A DNA stretch of 63,003 bases, counting the filler, from Hausera hauseri (Eukaryota), in the NCBI GenBank assembly GCA_046269625.1. It is 11 parts of 11 records of this genome, joined end to end, with 100 filler letters (N's around TTAATTAATTAA, not from the genome) between each part and the next. Parts side by side here need not be neighbours in the genome. Positions count along the whole stretch, not along the records: positions 1 to 9,337 come from JBJURY010404367.1; positions 9,438 to 13,838 come from JBJURY010599554.1; 9 more parts are not named here. The stretch is one strand, 5' to 3'. The translations under genes and the position numbers were made by a program. The notes under the pieces were generated by a model. That model was not told the DNA's origin. It was given only the letters and a program-made list of their open reading frames with translations, and searched no databases. Shown here piece after piece: positions 1-11,806 of this stretch. Every line of letters starts with the position of its first letter. Positions within the stretch are counted from its first letter, which is position 1.

Positions 1-2163
1 GGGTTCATCTCCATTCGGGAAGCAGTTCACACTCATATCCCAGATATGCGTGCAAAAGCTCCAGTCTTGCGGAGGCATTGAATATGCATACGTACAGTTC
101 TGTAAATAGTATGTGGAAGTATTACATTTAATCATATCCAGGTATATCGGTCCAAACCCAATGATTCTCTGTGTGTAACTCCACACGACAACAGCATCAG
201 TAACACTATAGCCAGCACTGTGACACACAGCATTCGCCGTGTAATAGTTATAATAGTCATCACATACAGTCCCCCAATCGGACGTCGGGTTCGGACGCAC
301 AGTCACAAGCCCAGCATATGGCGCAGTCCCGACAATCTTGATCTGCCATCCAGCTGGCCTTTGGAAATATGACGCATTCGATGTCGCCGTTAGTATCTTG
401 TAATTAGTGAATATATAACCATAACCAATATCAATCAAGAATAGAATATCAATATAGGTTCGCAGGTCAGAAATGTACCATCTGGGAAGCGGTGGGTCAC
501 TAAACATGAACTGTATAGTCCCAATCTCCCCAACACTCGTCGACGACAGCTGAATTATACGAGATAAGGCCACCGGAGTATATAAGGAAAGATTAGCATA
601 AAATCCAGAGGGTGTTTGGATTGTGTTATTGAACGTCACAGTGTAGACAATGACGGGAGAGCTATAAGTCGGGATTTGACCACGACAATCCAACGCAAGG
701 GAGTCAGTACACGTAGTCCACGGATTAGTTGGGGTTGAGAATGTGTATGAGCAGTTCTGCAAATAGTAGTTAGCCGCTGTGCACTTCACGTCAGACAAGT
801 ACATCATGATCCCAGTAAAGCGTGAAGCAAGCAGAAATGCGACAGAAATATTAGTGTACCCAAGTGAGTGACAAACAGCCATAGCAGCAACGCCATCAAA
901 CCCATTACCACAAATATAACCCCAATAACTTCCAAGATGAGAGGAGGGACGCATCTGAACGGTACCTTTCCCAGGTATAGATCCAGGTGCAAATCGAAAT
1001 TGCCATTCCGCAGGATTCGTCGGTGATGGAGTGCCACAATTCACAGACACATCCTCATCATGGCGGCAATTGTGCCGTTTGACGAATTCAGTGGAATAGA
1101 TGTAGCTGCAGTTCTGTAAATAGTACGTCGAGGAATTGCACTTCACATCGTCCATGAAGATAGTGTTCTTCCCAGGGCCTCTGTAATAAAGAGCCATCGC
1201 CCGAGTAATGCTCGTGTATCCAAGTGAGTGACAAGCAGCAAGCGCAGCAGACGCATTGAAGTAATCATCACACACAGTCCCCCAAGGAACAAGAGAAGTC
1301 GGCCGAACAAGCAGAAGCCCCATCGTGCCATTACCTTGAATCATGAACTGCCAACTCTCTGGTGGTGGGATGTATGGGGGTGCATTTCCATTCGGGAAGC
1401 AGTTCACTGTCACATCCTCGTAATGTCGGCAATTGTTCCATGTCTGTGAAGGCGTTGAGTATATATACGTGCAATTCTGTAAATAGTATGTAGAGCTCGT
1501 ACATTTCACATTGTCCATATAGATCGTTCCAGTCCCAATAATACGCAGGGAACGCGCTGTAACAAGTTGAGCACTAAGCACGGGGTACCCGGCACTGTTG
1601 CACGCGGCAGTAGCAGCAAATGAGTTAAAATAGTCATCACATACAGTCCCCCAATCGGACGTTGCGTTCGGGCGCACAGTCAGAAGCCCAGCATATGGCG
1701 CAGTCCCGACAATCTTGATCTCCCATCCTGGCGGCCTTTGGTAGTAAGATGCATTCGAAGTCAATGTTGCCAGTTTAAATAAAAGGTCAGCGTAAGGCGG
1801 ACCGAAATAAAGAAGAAACCAATCAAGGTCAGTTCGCGATGGCTCCAGGTACCACCATGGCAGTGGTGGATCAGTAAAGCGGAATGACAGCACACCAATT
1901 CCGTACTCAGTTGACTGGGACAACACAGTAATACGTGATATGCCAATAGTAAAAAAAGCAGTCATCCGCGATAAAATACCGGTGACAGTTGTATCAGCCA
2001 AATAGAACGTGCCAACGTATGCAATCACTGGGGCATCATTTGTCGGAGTAAACGTGGTGGCGTCTAGCTCGCCGTCAGCATGAAAGCCACCTCTGGCTAC
2101 ACTCCAAACTCCTGCCAATAGCAGTAACGTAAAGGAAAAGATAACCTGATATGAGCCTCTCAT
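1..2163 (-). CDS. Secreted or surface multi-SRCR (scavenger receptor cysteine-rich) protein, 3'-truncated by the window edge (>=721 aa)
   Basis: Manual translation from ATG 2163 stays open to base 1. It has a signal peptide MRGSYQVIFSFTLLLLAGVWSVARG and four SRCR domains (WGTVCDDYF...ACHSLGY...MDDVKC...YLQNC...NCRHDEDVSVNC). It is absent from the ORF track because it has no stop in the window. Confidence 0.9.
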   Translation of the reverse strand, partial: MRGSYQVIFSFTLLLLAGVWSVARGGFHADGELDATTFTPTNDAPVIAYVGTFYLADTTVTGILSRMTAFFTIGISRITVLSQSTEYGIGVLSFRFTDPPLPWWYLEPSRTDLDWFLLYFGPPYADLLFKLATLTSNASYYQRPPGWEIKIVGTAPYAGLLTVRPNATSDWGTVCDDYFNSFAATAACNSAGYPVLSAQLVTARSLRIIGTGTIYMDNVKCTSSTYYLQNCTYIYSTPSQTWNNCRHYEDVTVNCFPNGNAPPYIPPPESWQFMIQGNGTMGLLLVRPTSLVPWGTVCDDYFNASAALAACHSLGYTSITRAMALYYRGPGKNTIFMDDVKCNSSTYYLQNCSYIYSTEFVKRHNCRHDEDVSVNCGTPSPTNPAEWQFRFAPGSIPGKGTVQMRPSSHLGSYWGYICGNGFDGVAAMAVCHSLGYTNISVAFLLASRFTGIMMYLSDVKCTAANYYLQNCSYTFSTPTNPWTTCTDSLALDCRGQIPTYSSPVIVYTVTFNNTIQTPSGFYANLSLYTPVALSRIIQLSSTSVGEIGTIQFMFSDPPLPRWYISDLRTYIDILFLIDIGYGYIFTNYKILTATSNASYFQRPAGWQIKIVGTAPYAGLVTVRPNPTSDWGTVCDDYYNYYTANAVCHSAGYSVTDAVVVWSYTQRIIGFGPIYLDMIKCNTSTYYLQNCTYAYSMPPQDWSFCTHIWDMSVNCFPNGDEP

Positions 2164-2499
2164 CACTCCTCACCAACGAGCTCGCGCCCAGACGAAGACA
2201 ACTTGATTGCTTTAACTTTTAACCAATGAGTGTGTCTGCTAGAAAAAATAGTAAAAATAATCCTGTGTCGATAACAAGTGAGATGCGATCAATATTAACT
2301 TAATCTATAATAAAATTCTAACCCTTACCTTCGATCTGTTTCTGATCATCAACAAATATAACGTGAGACACGTACAAGATACAACGAAAGAAAATCAAAT
2401 AAAAAAAAAAAGAAAAAACAGAATGACATAGAATGAGTTACTGTGTCTGGAGTAAAAAACAAATTCTGTAGGTTGTTAACAGAATACAAAAGATACATC

Positions 2500-5400
2500 T
2501 CAAACACGTCACATTCTCAGCTTCAACTACTGTCGAAATGAATCATAAACAATGCAACTACCAGCGCGATTTCATACAACCACGTCACCGGTAATCCTAC
2601 AACGCGTCCCAGATGCACTCAATATGGAGTGGTGAGAGTCCTCTTGTAAGAGGCTCGGTTCGATTAGTCCAGTAACGTATCTTTGATGCTTGAATAGCTC
2701 GGCAAGAACACATTTTACTTCCTTACATCACACACACTGAGCTTCTCTTCCTGCACCGGCCACACACAAGTATGCACACAGGTTCGTCAGGATCAACTGG
2801 ATCTCCCACAGCAAAATAGAATGACTCAAGCAACTAATGGCTGAAGCAAGAAAGTACGCATCAGAATTTAGCGAATTCCATCTGCGCAATCCAACCCACC
2901 CTCGAGTCCGCACTGCACACGGCGCGCTGAACCACATCCTCTCTAATATGACGCCGCTCCTTCGATGAGCAGCAAATAACTTCACAACAGACAAAACATT
3001 ATGCATACAGTGTATCACTAATATTCCGCTCATTACCTCACCGTGACATTCCACCCACAACAGCACAATCTGATACGTTCACACACCTCAGTATTATCTG
3101 GGAAGATATAGGATTGACTCCAATTCTTGACGAAAAACTGTCACCAGCACCGGCACACCTATCTAGGCAAGCAACCCCACCCCCATTGAAAGCCGCAGCA
3201 CAGTCAGTCACCGACACACCAAACACGACATTCCTTCCAGACACCCCCCGGTAGATAGTTGAAGGCACCGCAGATTGTTCCATCTCTGCACTGTGTGACA
3301 CAAACGGTTCCACAGCGTACAGATAGTTATGATTGAAATAATATTAACGCCAAGCAAGTGCCGGCTGAGAAATGACAAACACTATCTTACCAACAAGCTC
3401 CAATCTCTTATGACACAGTCTTTCATCTCCAGTAGTAAATTTAGCACATCCTCGATCTATACTAGCTATGATCAAGACAGCTACAGTGTCGTTGTTATCA
3501 CCATACATACTACAACGGAAACTTGAAGGCATGCGAGGTCTAGTGACATCTCGATGAGTATGAATAATAGACAACAACGAGTTTCTCACTATCCATCAAC
3601 AACCACTATCCTCAGCAGCAGTTCAAGATATGCTTGCACGTATCTAGCCGGAATCATCACTTGTGTTCACGATACTGAAACAATTTAGTCCGTCATGGGC
3701 GCATACATCACGATGGCAACTGACTTGAATATTCCTTACAATTGTCTCTACAACCTCTCGCAAGATCATGCAAAAAAAAATATATCGCGTACATAAACGT
3801 TAGACAGGTCGATCAGCTTCGATTGAAAAGCACTCCGTTGGACACAAGAAAACACTATAGACGGGAGGTCGTTAAGACGCGGTCACAAAACAATAGCACA
3901 CTTCCAACCAAGCTCTGTTATTGTCTGTTCGCGGGCGGCCGTTCCAATGACAAGCACGGTATCCTCGAACTCCACCTCTGCCGGCATACACACAGTACAT
4001 AGGGGAAATCTCAACCGTATGCTAACGTTGAGAACGGAAACAATACCAGGGGACGTAATTATGAGGGAACATTTCTGTGAGCCACGATGACATCATACAA
4101 GCTCGCCTCACTATAGACTATTGTCCGCCTCAAAAAAACGCAGAGGCGTACTCTCTGCGTGTTCATGGTCTCTCGACAAACAATCTGGTCGAGCCTCCCA
4201 CTCAAGCCCACCTTCCATCATCGCCGTTGATCGCGATATCCATCATTCCAATATTGTCCACTAGTGAGGAGATGAAGCCCACTGGTGAGGATATAATATG
4301 CGCATTATTAACGTCATTCATAAACGGTTGTGTGATAAGTGGAAGTGTTGGAGAGTGCCACAGAACAGCTCGGACGAATTGTGGGTTGCGCTTGCCTATC
4401 GTGTGTGTGATTGGCTTGCTATGACATTTCTCAAGGCCTACAGTTGCAGTTCTTGTTGATTCATCTCTTGAACGTTTTTCACTCAAATTCTTTTTGTGCA
4501 GTATACAAGGAATTGTTGCCATGTACTTTGCAGTCATTCTCCTGCTCGTTCCGTGATAACAGCGTCGCACATCCGAACGGCGCTGCAACATTGAGTACCA
4601 CATTGCAGATATGAACCTGCTGAATTTCTTCTCGTAAGTTTATTTCAGGATAGAGGGCGACGCCGTTTGAAAAGTTACATCAGACTCAAAAATTGTGTGC
4701 AATGAATGTCATAGATTTTGTGGTCGTCGTGATGTATGCACACAAGTATCTTAGTGTGCGCGTCCGTCCAATCCACTGGTTGTTTCAAAACAGAGGCAGC
4801 GTTATCCTCCATTCTCTCGCCGTCTACGGAATGATTTGGCGTCTTTTCTCAATCAGTTGACAGCATGCCTCGCCATGGTGTTCACATATGAAAGTCCTTA
4901 CTATCGGAGATCTACGCAGATTGCAAATTGCTACTTTATCACCGTTTCATACCAGCAAGAACGAGCAAACAATCTCCATGATACTAAGGGCTGCGAAGTA
5001 ACAACTTATGTCTGGTGTTGAACGTGTTGTTATGCTTGCAGAACGAGTATTGAGTGTTCGCTATCTTTTGTTATCGTAGAATGTTGAAATATGAGAAGTG
5101 AAATCCACATTGTTGCATCCAAAAGTCTTTCCCGGTACCGGCTCTTCTAGTAAATGTTGCCTAACAGATGTGTCGTCCAATAAGAACTGCCTATCATCCC
5201 TGTTTATTGGGAACAAGGGTCAATCCATATTCAACAAAATATTTCACAACATTTCTCAGACTGCCGGGGTTCAACGCGCCCCTGCCACTAGACTTGTAAG
5301 TTATATATCGAGTAAACTGTCGTCTCAGTGAAACACCTGCCACCAGTCGTATGGTGTGCAATTGTTCTTGTTGGGTATATTGCCTGTAATTCAATTTTGG

Positions 5401-8400
5401 TTGTGATGGTGTTTAACCATACGTCTAGGAGGGCGTCACACATTGCTTCCAAGTCCCTTTTTAGGATGGGAAATGAGCATGCGGCCAGCACCTGGCAGTT
5501 AGCATAATATGTAAAACCATGTGAGTTGGATCGGTAAATGCAAAACCTTGACTGATAGCTACTTCCAACGCCGTGTTACAATTGACTGATGATCCAATAT
5601 CGCCTTCTTTGACGATGCATTCTGCCTTGAAAGGTGTTGCGCATCGTCCAATGACGCAACCGCTAGTCATTTCGACTCCATGTATCTGCTGTATAGGTTC
5701 CATTAATCAGGGACAATCCCGCATCTTGACAAGCACATCTTCAATCAATTCACGCGGGATAAAATCATAAAGCTTTACAACAGCTAAATAACATATAAAA
5801 AACGCATTGATTGCTGGCAGGATCGACGAATGAACGTTACCAGTGCAACCAACGCATGAATAGCAGAGTGGCGCTGGAGGAATCCATGCTGATGAAATAA
5901 CAGCAGTATGCTATGTACGGTGTCATTAGTTGTGGAATACCACTGTATGTTGTATTTCAAATAGTAATGCCTCTACATTCATACAGTCCCAAATTTCCTG
6001 CTCACTTCTGCATGACTACAAATCTTGTGTCTCCCAATTCTGCTCGTAATGATCCTAATTCCCAGAAGTACTGTATATAAAATGCACATCATAGCCAAAA
6101 CATTATAAACTCTGCAGTTGTAGGTCTCGGTAACTTGAATTCGTCAGAAAACGGCTTGACAATAGACACCTTAAGGTGGTCCTCTACTGCACCAGCGTAC
6201 CCAGACATGTGCTGCAACACACTGACAATCTCCCGCTCGCTGGGTGCTGAATGGCTCACAACTTGCAAGCATTCATCAACTGCTGTGTTTTCGATTTGTA
6301 AGCACAATATCTCTCCGCAAATATCAGCCAAGGAACGTATCAGACTCTTTGTGGTTGCATAATCCACAGCGTCACTGTTGAAAATTCAGATATGCGCCGG
6401 AACGTTGAAACCTGTTACATTCATCCAATTGTTCCCATAAACCACATAGCGCCGTTGGATGCCATCAGGGATTCCATACCATATTGTTAATGTCTGGTCT
6501 TCTAACCTGTCTGCAATATATTGAGTCTCGTAGATGATAAGAACACTGGAGATGTTAGAGTCTCAAGGCATGATAATGGCTGCGGCAACAATTCCCACAG
6601 CTTGTAGAGTCGCATTCGACGACGCAGAACACATTATGGTAGGGGTAGCTTCCACATCTGTGTTGGCTGAGATGGTCTTCATAAGATCCATATGCGCGAC
6701 TTTGCTCACAGTATAAGTGACATCCATCTTCGCACGAGAGAAAGATCAGCGTTGCATCAAACATCTAGATGCTACACGTCGAGCTGCTATTGTTAAAGTC
6801 TTGCTCTTGCTAGCTATCGCAACTCGTGCCATACTACCGGACAGCCTTCTGTCTGTGTATACTGCCTGAGTGTTGGTAAGTACAGCTACCCAGGGAATTT
6901 TCATCCCGTTCAACTGTTGCCTGTGGTTGTAACGAGATTACTCCCAATCAATTTGACGATCTAAAACAGCTGGGGAGAGAGTTACTGAAGGCACCCCAAT
7001 GTGAGCTTCGGAAGCTAGGTAGGTTGTTGCTCACCGTTTGTAAAATTGATGAATAGTGTTAAACGCCAGATGCGCGGTACCTCATGCCAACGGTGCGGCC
7101 TCAGCTTCTGCAAGATCCTGTAGTTATTTATTGCTATCATTAGTTTGTGTCACAAGGACTTTACCTTTCAGCTGTTTCTGTTCTTTAACCCTTCCTGCCT
7201 TACACAGAGTTATTCTCTTCTGTTTCAGTAAAATTCGGGTTGCAGACGACACGTACTACCGCGGAGTCCATAACGTCAAGTTGTGCCTTCTTTCACACTG
7301 TATCACAATGGAGGTCCTATGTTGCTTAGCCTAGAGAATGTCAAGATTGCGGCTAAGCTGCGATTTCAGTGAGAAAGCCTCTTAATGGCCCACAACTAAA
7401 AACATAACCTTAAACTGCGGCCTCATATAATGCATGCCATGGGCAATGATCGCACGGTAATCTGTTCAGATTCCCCAGAGATGTCCGTAAAAAGCACCCA
7501 TTGTCTGCTATTGCAACACCTTGGGTACCAACAAGTGATCGGTCGTTGTTCTCATGCTGGTTCATCATGATGATCAAGTTCGAACGCTTTCGCGCCGATG
7601 CCAAAAATTAACACACAATTCTAACTGTTCTCTCCACCATAGGATCATTAACTGTACTTCCTCGTCGGCTCATCCTTTGAACATTCAGACAGTTATGCAG
7701 CGCTGTATGCGTATTAACATCAACAGCAGGTATAGTTTCAGCACATGCTGTCTTTTCGACGTCAGTCACTGCTTCCGTCCATTTTACCAATGTGACAAAC
7801 ATAAGTCACTATGAGCCAACAATCTAGCGTAGTCTGTTGTTACCCGCAAGTAAAATAGTTATTATGCGACCTTAAATAAACCACACATCAGATATCATTC
7901 ATCGGTAATGGCGTTTCTTCGTATTCAGATCTCTCATCGTTGTGATTTAAACAACAGGACGCCTGCGACCCCTTCCACGACCAATTACTTCACATAGCTT
8001 CACTTCCTGGGAGTTGGTCCGTTGTTGCTGAACCTCATTCGTCCTATCTGTTGCAACAAAAATAAATATGTCGACTGCATGCGTCAACATCTCAGCAAAT
8101 ACTGCCGACAAGTTCCCAACAGCAGAACATCCGCGTACGTGTAAATGTACAACGCATAGCAACCGAGTCAAGCGAGAGTGGTAAAATAGAGGCGCACAGA
8201 AGTCTCCATCGAAGCAGCCATCGACGGTGACGCATCATGCTGAACCGAAGGGCCTACACTCGCCTAAGCATCCACACAAACGAGGAGTGATTAAAGCCGA
8301 GAATCAAACTCACAGAGCCTGCCAGCGCCACAAATGCACAGCATAGACACGCCACTCGGAAGCTTCTCTCAATAGATCGAGCCGCAAGCAGTGTTTCTGC

Positions 8401-8500
8401 CCTGCCAAAAAGTAGCACTATCACAAATCATAGTGTAGAGCACGCTCCTCTCGCAGCATGCGCGGTTTACACCATACCTTTCTGCTTTGAATCCTTCCTG
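2500..8500 (-). pseudogene. Large decayed intronless gene of unidentified family, possibly with degenerate GBP/RHD3-like GTPase regions
   Basis: A chain of protein-like minus-strand ORF fragments (2728-3066, 3038-3313, 4202-4603, 5461-5703, 6089-6367, 7410-7802, 7947-8171) broken by stops and frameshifts. The family hint is weak and the boundaries are approximate. Confidence 0.4.
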
Positions 8501-9337
8501 TCCATATGCCCTTTTGGTTCGTGCTGATAATTGATCAAATGCATTTGACACAGTTCAACACCGAAGAAACGAAATCTCCCTGGAGAAGCTTTTCATTTGT
8601 ATGCACCAGTAATTGATAGCATCGACGACACAAGTTTCACACGCCAACAAGCAGCCTCCCCTTGTCGCATTCACACAAGCTATAGTACGTCTGCACTATT
8701 CGCTTTGCTAAGCTCGTTCTCTCGATTTGGGTATCCCCGTGTCTCTTTCGTGCTGTTTGTATCGTGTAAGTGGGTGCCGGCTCGTAAGACACTTTGTTGT
8801 GCGGCTGTCAATCTCTCCTCATGCCTTGCCCTCATTTGTCGCCCTGCACACCCATATATTCCCACTCTCACAGTGATAGCAGTGTTTTAAATATGAATTC
8901 TAGTTTTGCCGTATTTTATCTAAGCCTAGTATTAGCCGTGATCTCCACGGTAAATGCACCGCTGTAGTGCATTTTTCTGTAAATGTGTGAAAATGTTTCC
9001 TTTTAATATTAACCAATGTGCCTACATATTTAAAGGGAAGGACATGTTCAATGAGTTTCGAGGCAAGATGCAAAGGCTATGTGTATTGTACAAATTCTTC
9101 TGCTCGTACTATGCTCTTCCATATTGTATTAGGTCACACGCCTTCGCTTTTTAACATTTCTCCTGGCATCATGCAGCGACCCGTGTATTGCGGTCCGGAC
9201 GGAATGCTGGGTAGTGTTTGTTCTCTTTTTCCGAAAATATCATACATCCTCCCATTGTAGTCTGCCGTATGGCTTAAACGTTTATGACCCGCTTTACATG
9301 TTCACGTGGCGCTGCAAAAATAGCGTTGTCTGTTGCC

Positions 9338-9437
9338 NNNNNNNNNNNNNNNNNNNNNNNNNNNNNNNNNNNNNNNNNNNNTTAATTAATTAANNNNNNN
9401 NNNNNNNNNNNNNNNNNNNNNNNNNNNNNNNNNNNNN
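9338..9437. other. Artificial 100-nt contig linker; identical linkers at 13839, 18164, 22879, 30945, 35115, 40867, 46964, 51708 and 56897
   Basis: N-run + TTAATTAATTAA (stops in all six frames) + N-run, repeated ten times with the same length. Confidence 0.98.
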
Positions 9438-10437
9438 TATGGCAAAAGTACTTAATAAATGCTAAGTAATTCTTATATTGATTAAGCAATTCAGGTGAAT
9501 TTGAAGGTGAAGCACACTAAATCGATAAATCTTTAAGCATACACAGATAGAAAAGCATATATGGCGATTACGAATCCGACGTCAGATATTCAAATACTTT
9601 ATTACAAAGCCATTAATTATCAATTGGAACTCGAAAACTCGATCAAGCATGCACTATTCGAAGAAGCTAATGACGAAATTCGATTCGCAATGGTCGAAAA
9701 CCTATATGGCAATCAATATTAGTGCGCTGCTGTGCATTGCGGTGTATAAAAACAAGGTTTTCCAATATCGCAAAAGTACTTAATAAATGTAAGTAATTCT
9801 TATAATGATTAAGCAATTGAGGTGAATTTGGAGGTGAAGCACACTAAATCGATAAATATTTAAGCATGCACAGATAGGAAAGCATATAAGTCGATTTCGA
9901 ATCCCATGTAACATTCGAATACATTATTCGAACTCGATTAATTATCGATTCGAACTCGAAAACTCCATCAAGCATGCATCATTCGAAGAATCTAATGACA
10001 AAACTCGATTCGCAATAGTCGAAAACCTATATGGCAATCAATACTAGTGCGGTGCTGTGCATTGTGGCGTATAAAAACAAGGTTTTCCAATATCGCAAAA
10101 GTACTTAATAAATGTAAGTAATTCTTATACTGATTAAGCAATTGAGGTGAATTTGAAGGTGAAGCACACTAAATCGATAAATCCTTAAGCATACACAGAT
10201 AGAAAACCATATATGGCGATTACGTATCCGATGTCAGATATTCGAATACATTATTCCAAATCGAAGAATTATCGATTCGAACTCGAAAAGTCAATCAAGC
10301 ATGCATTATTCGAAGAATCTAATGACGAAATTCGATTCGCAATAGTCGAAAACCTATATGGCAATCAATACTAGTGCGGTGCTGTGCATTGTGGTGTATA
10401 TAAACAAGGTTTTCCAATATGGCAAAAGTACTTAATA
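9438..10437. repeat. Tandem repeat, ~327-bp unit, 3 copies, running into the contig end
   Basis: TAT(G/C)GCAAAAGTACTTAATAA recurs at 9438, 9766, 10091 and 10418. Confidence 0.92.
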
Positions 10438-11558
10438 AGTACTTTATCTGTTATAACATACACTGAATATCTAGGTAATACGTAGGCAAATGTTGTAGCA
10501 TTGTAACCATTCATAAAAGAATCGAATAATTCTTGACAGTCGTTAAAAATTGTTTGATGTGATGTATTTTTATCAGCAACATCATTTTCAATATTGATAT
10601 TTTCATTTAGAGTTTCGTTAACAAAATCATCGTACAGAATTAATGGAAAACGACAATCCATGGCATGGATCATCAAGATACTCGCAATGTCCTTGTGGTA
10701 TTGTGACTTGGAATGATTGATGTTCATCGAATATCTTTTATTATATTCTCGTTCAGACTCCAATTGATTAACCGAGTCCACTGAACCAGCCAGTATACTT
10801 GCATAATAAACACAATCAATCGTATACACCGTATTGATAATTTCTCGATCCTGATTCAAAACATACGTTGAATCGTATTCAGTCGTAAGAAGCTTAAAAG
10901 TAAATCTTTGCTGTAAGGCTTGATGGAGCAACAATAATCGATTGCCTTTAAATATTTTCGCTAAAGTTTCCGTTAATTTAGCTAGAGCTTCAATCGGAAG
11001 CAATGCAACAATTTCACAAACCAATGGTAAAATGGTTTCGAATTTCTGAATATCGCTTAGATAGGGAATTTCAAATAAAATGATTAAAAAATTCATTGTT
11101 TCAAAGGGTTTTTCTCGATTGTAAAATTCGCTGTTCCGCTTAGGATTCTGAACAAGCTGATTTAATCCTTTTCGAATATTCATAAAGAAATCAACATTAT
11201 CATGTTTTTGATAAATACGAAATAAATTATCGGAGTCATCTCCATCGTCTGACATTGAAAGTAAATTTGATGACAAAGATCTGTTCAACAATAATTTGTG
11301 CAGCAAATTTGTAGAGTTATCCTGATTAGCATTGTTTAAAATAATAGAGTTATCAGAAACGTGCCGAATTCTGACAATAACTTTAATATTTTCTTCTTGA
11401 GTCTTCATATGGATATAAAATTTATTTGAAAATATATTGAACGTTTGTCCGAGAATGTCTTCTGAAGTCTTCTGACACCAACTTTGTTGTGACTTATCCT
11501 TTGCATATGGATAGAGATAAAAAAGGGGTGTAACATATAAATCCAACATTACGAACAA
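10371..11558 (-). pseudogene. UBE3A: Chimeric ORF: UBE3A/E6AP pre-HECT fragment flanked by kinesin motor N-terminal fragments
   Basis: UBE3A-like segments LPLVCEIVALLPIEALAKL, QQRFTFKLLTTEY, CVYYASILAG and DCRFPLILYDDFVNETLNE. Kinesin-like segments ENIKVIVRIR and SFMNGYNATTFAY. No HECT catalytic domain and no kinesin P-loop are present. Confidence 0.75.
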
Positions 11559-11806
11559 ATAGATGTATTTGAACGGTTAAACAGAACGATATCTTGTTAT
11601 TATTTTTAAACCACAAAAATTGAATTTTTTTTTATTGATTCCTATTTTAACTTTTTGACAACAATATTACTTCATAAAAAAGTATTTGTACATATATATA
11701 CACATATACACTGAGTGTCTAGCACGTTGACTGTCTAGTAGACGAGATTGATTTCTGAAAGGAGAATGTTGAAGAATTGTAAGATGACGTAATCACACAT
11801 TTGAGA

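Noticed and set aside
9338-9437. Recurrent TTAATTAATTAA palindrome as a biological repeat or CRISPR-like array
   Set aside because: It is always centred in fixed-length N runs, so it is an assembly linker.
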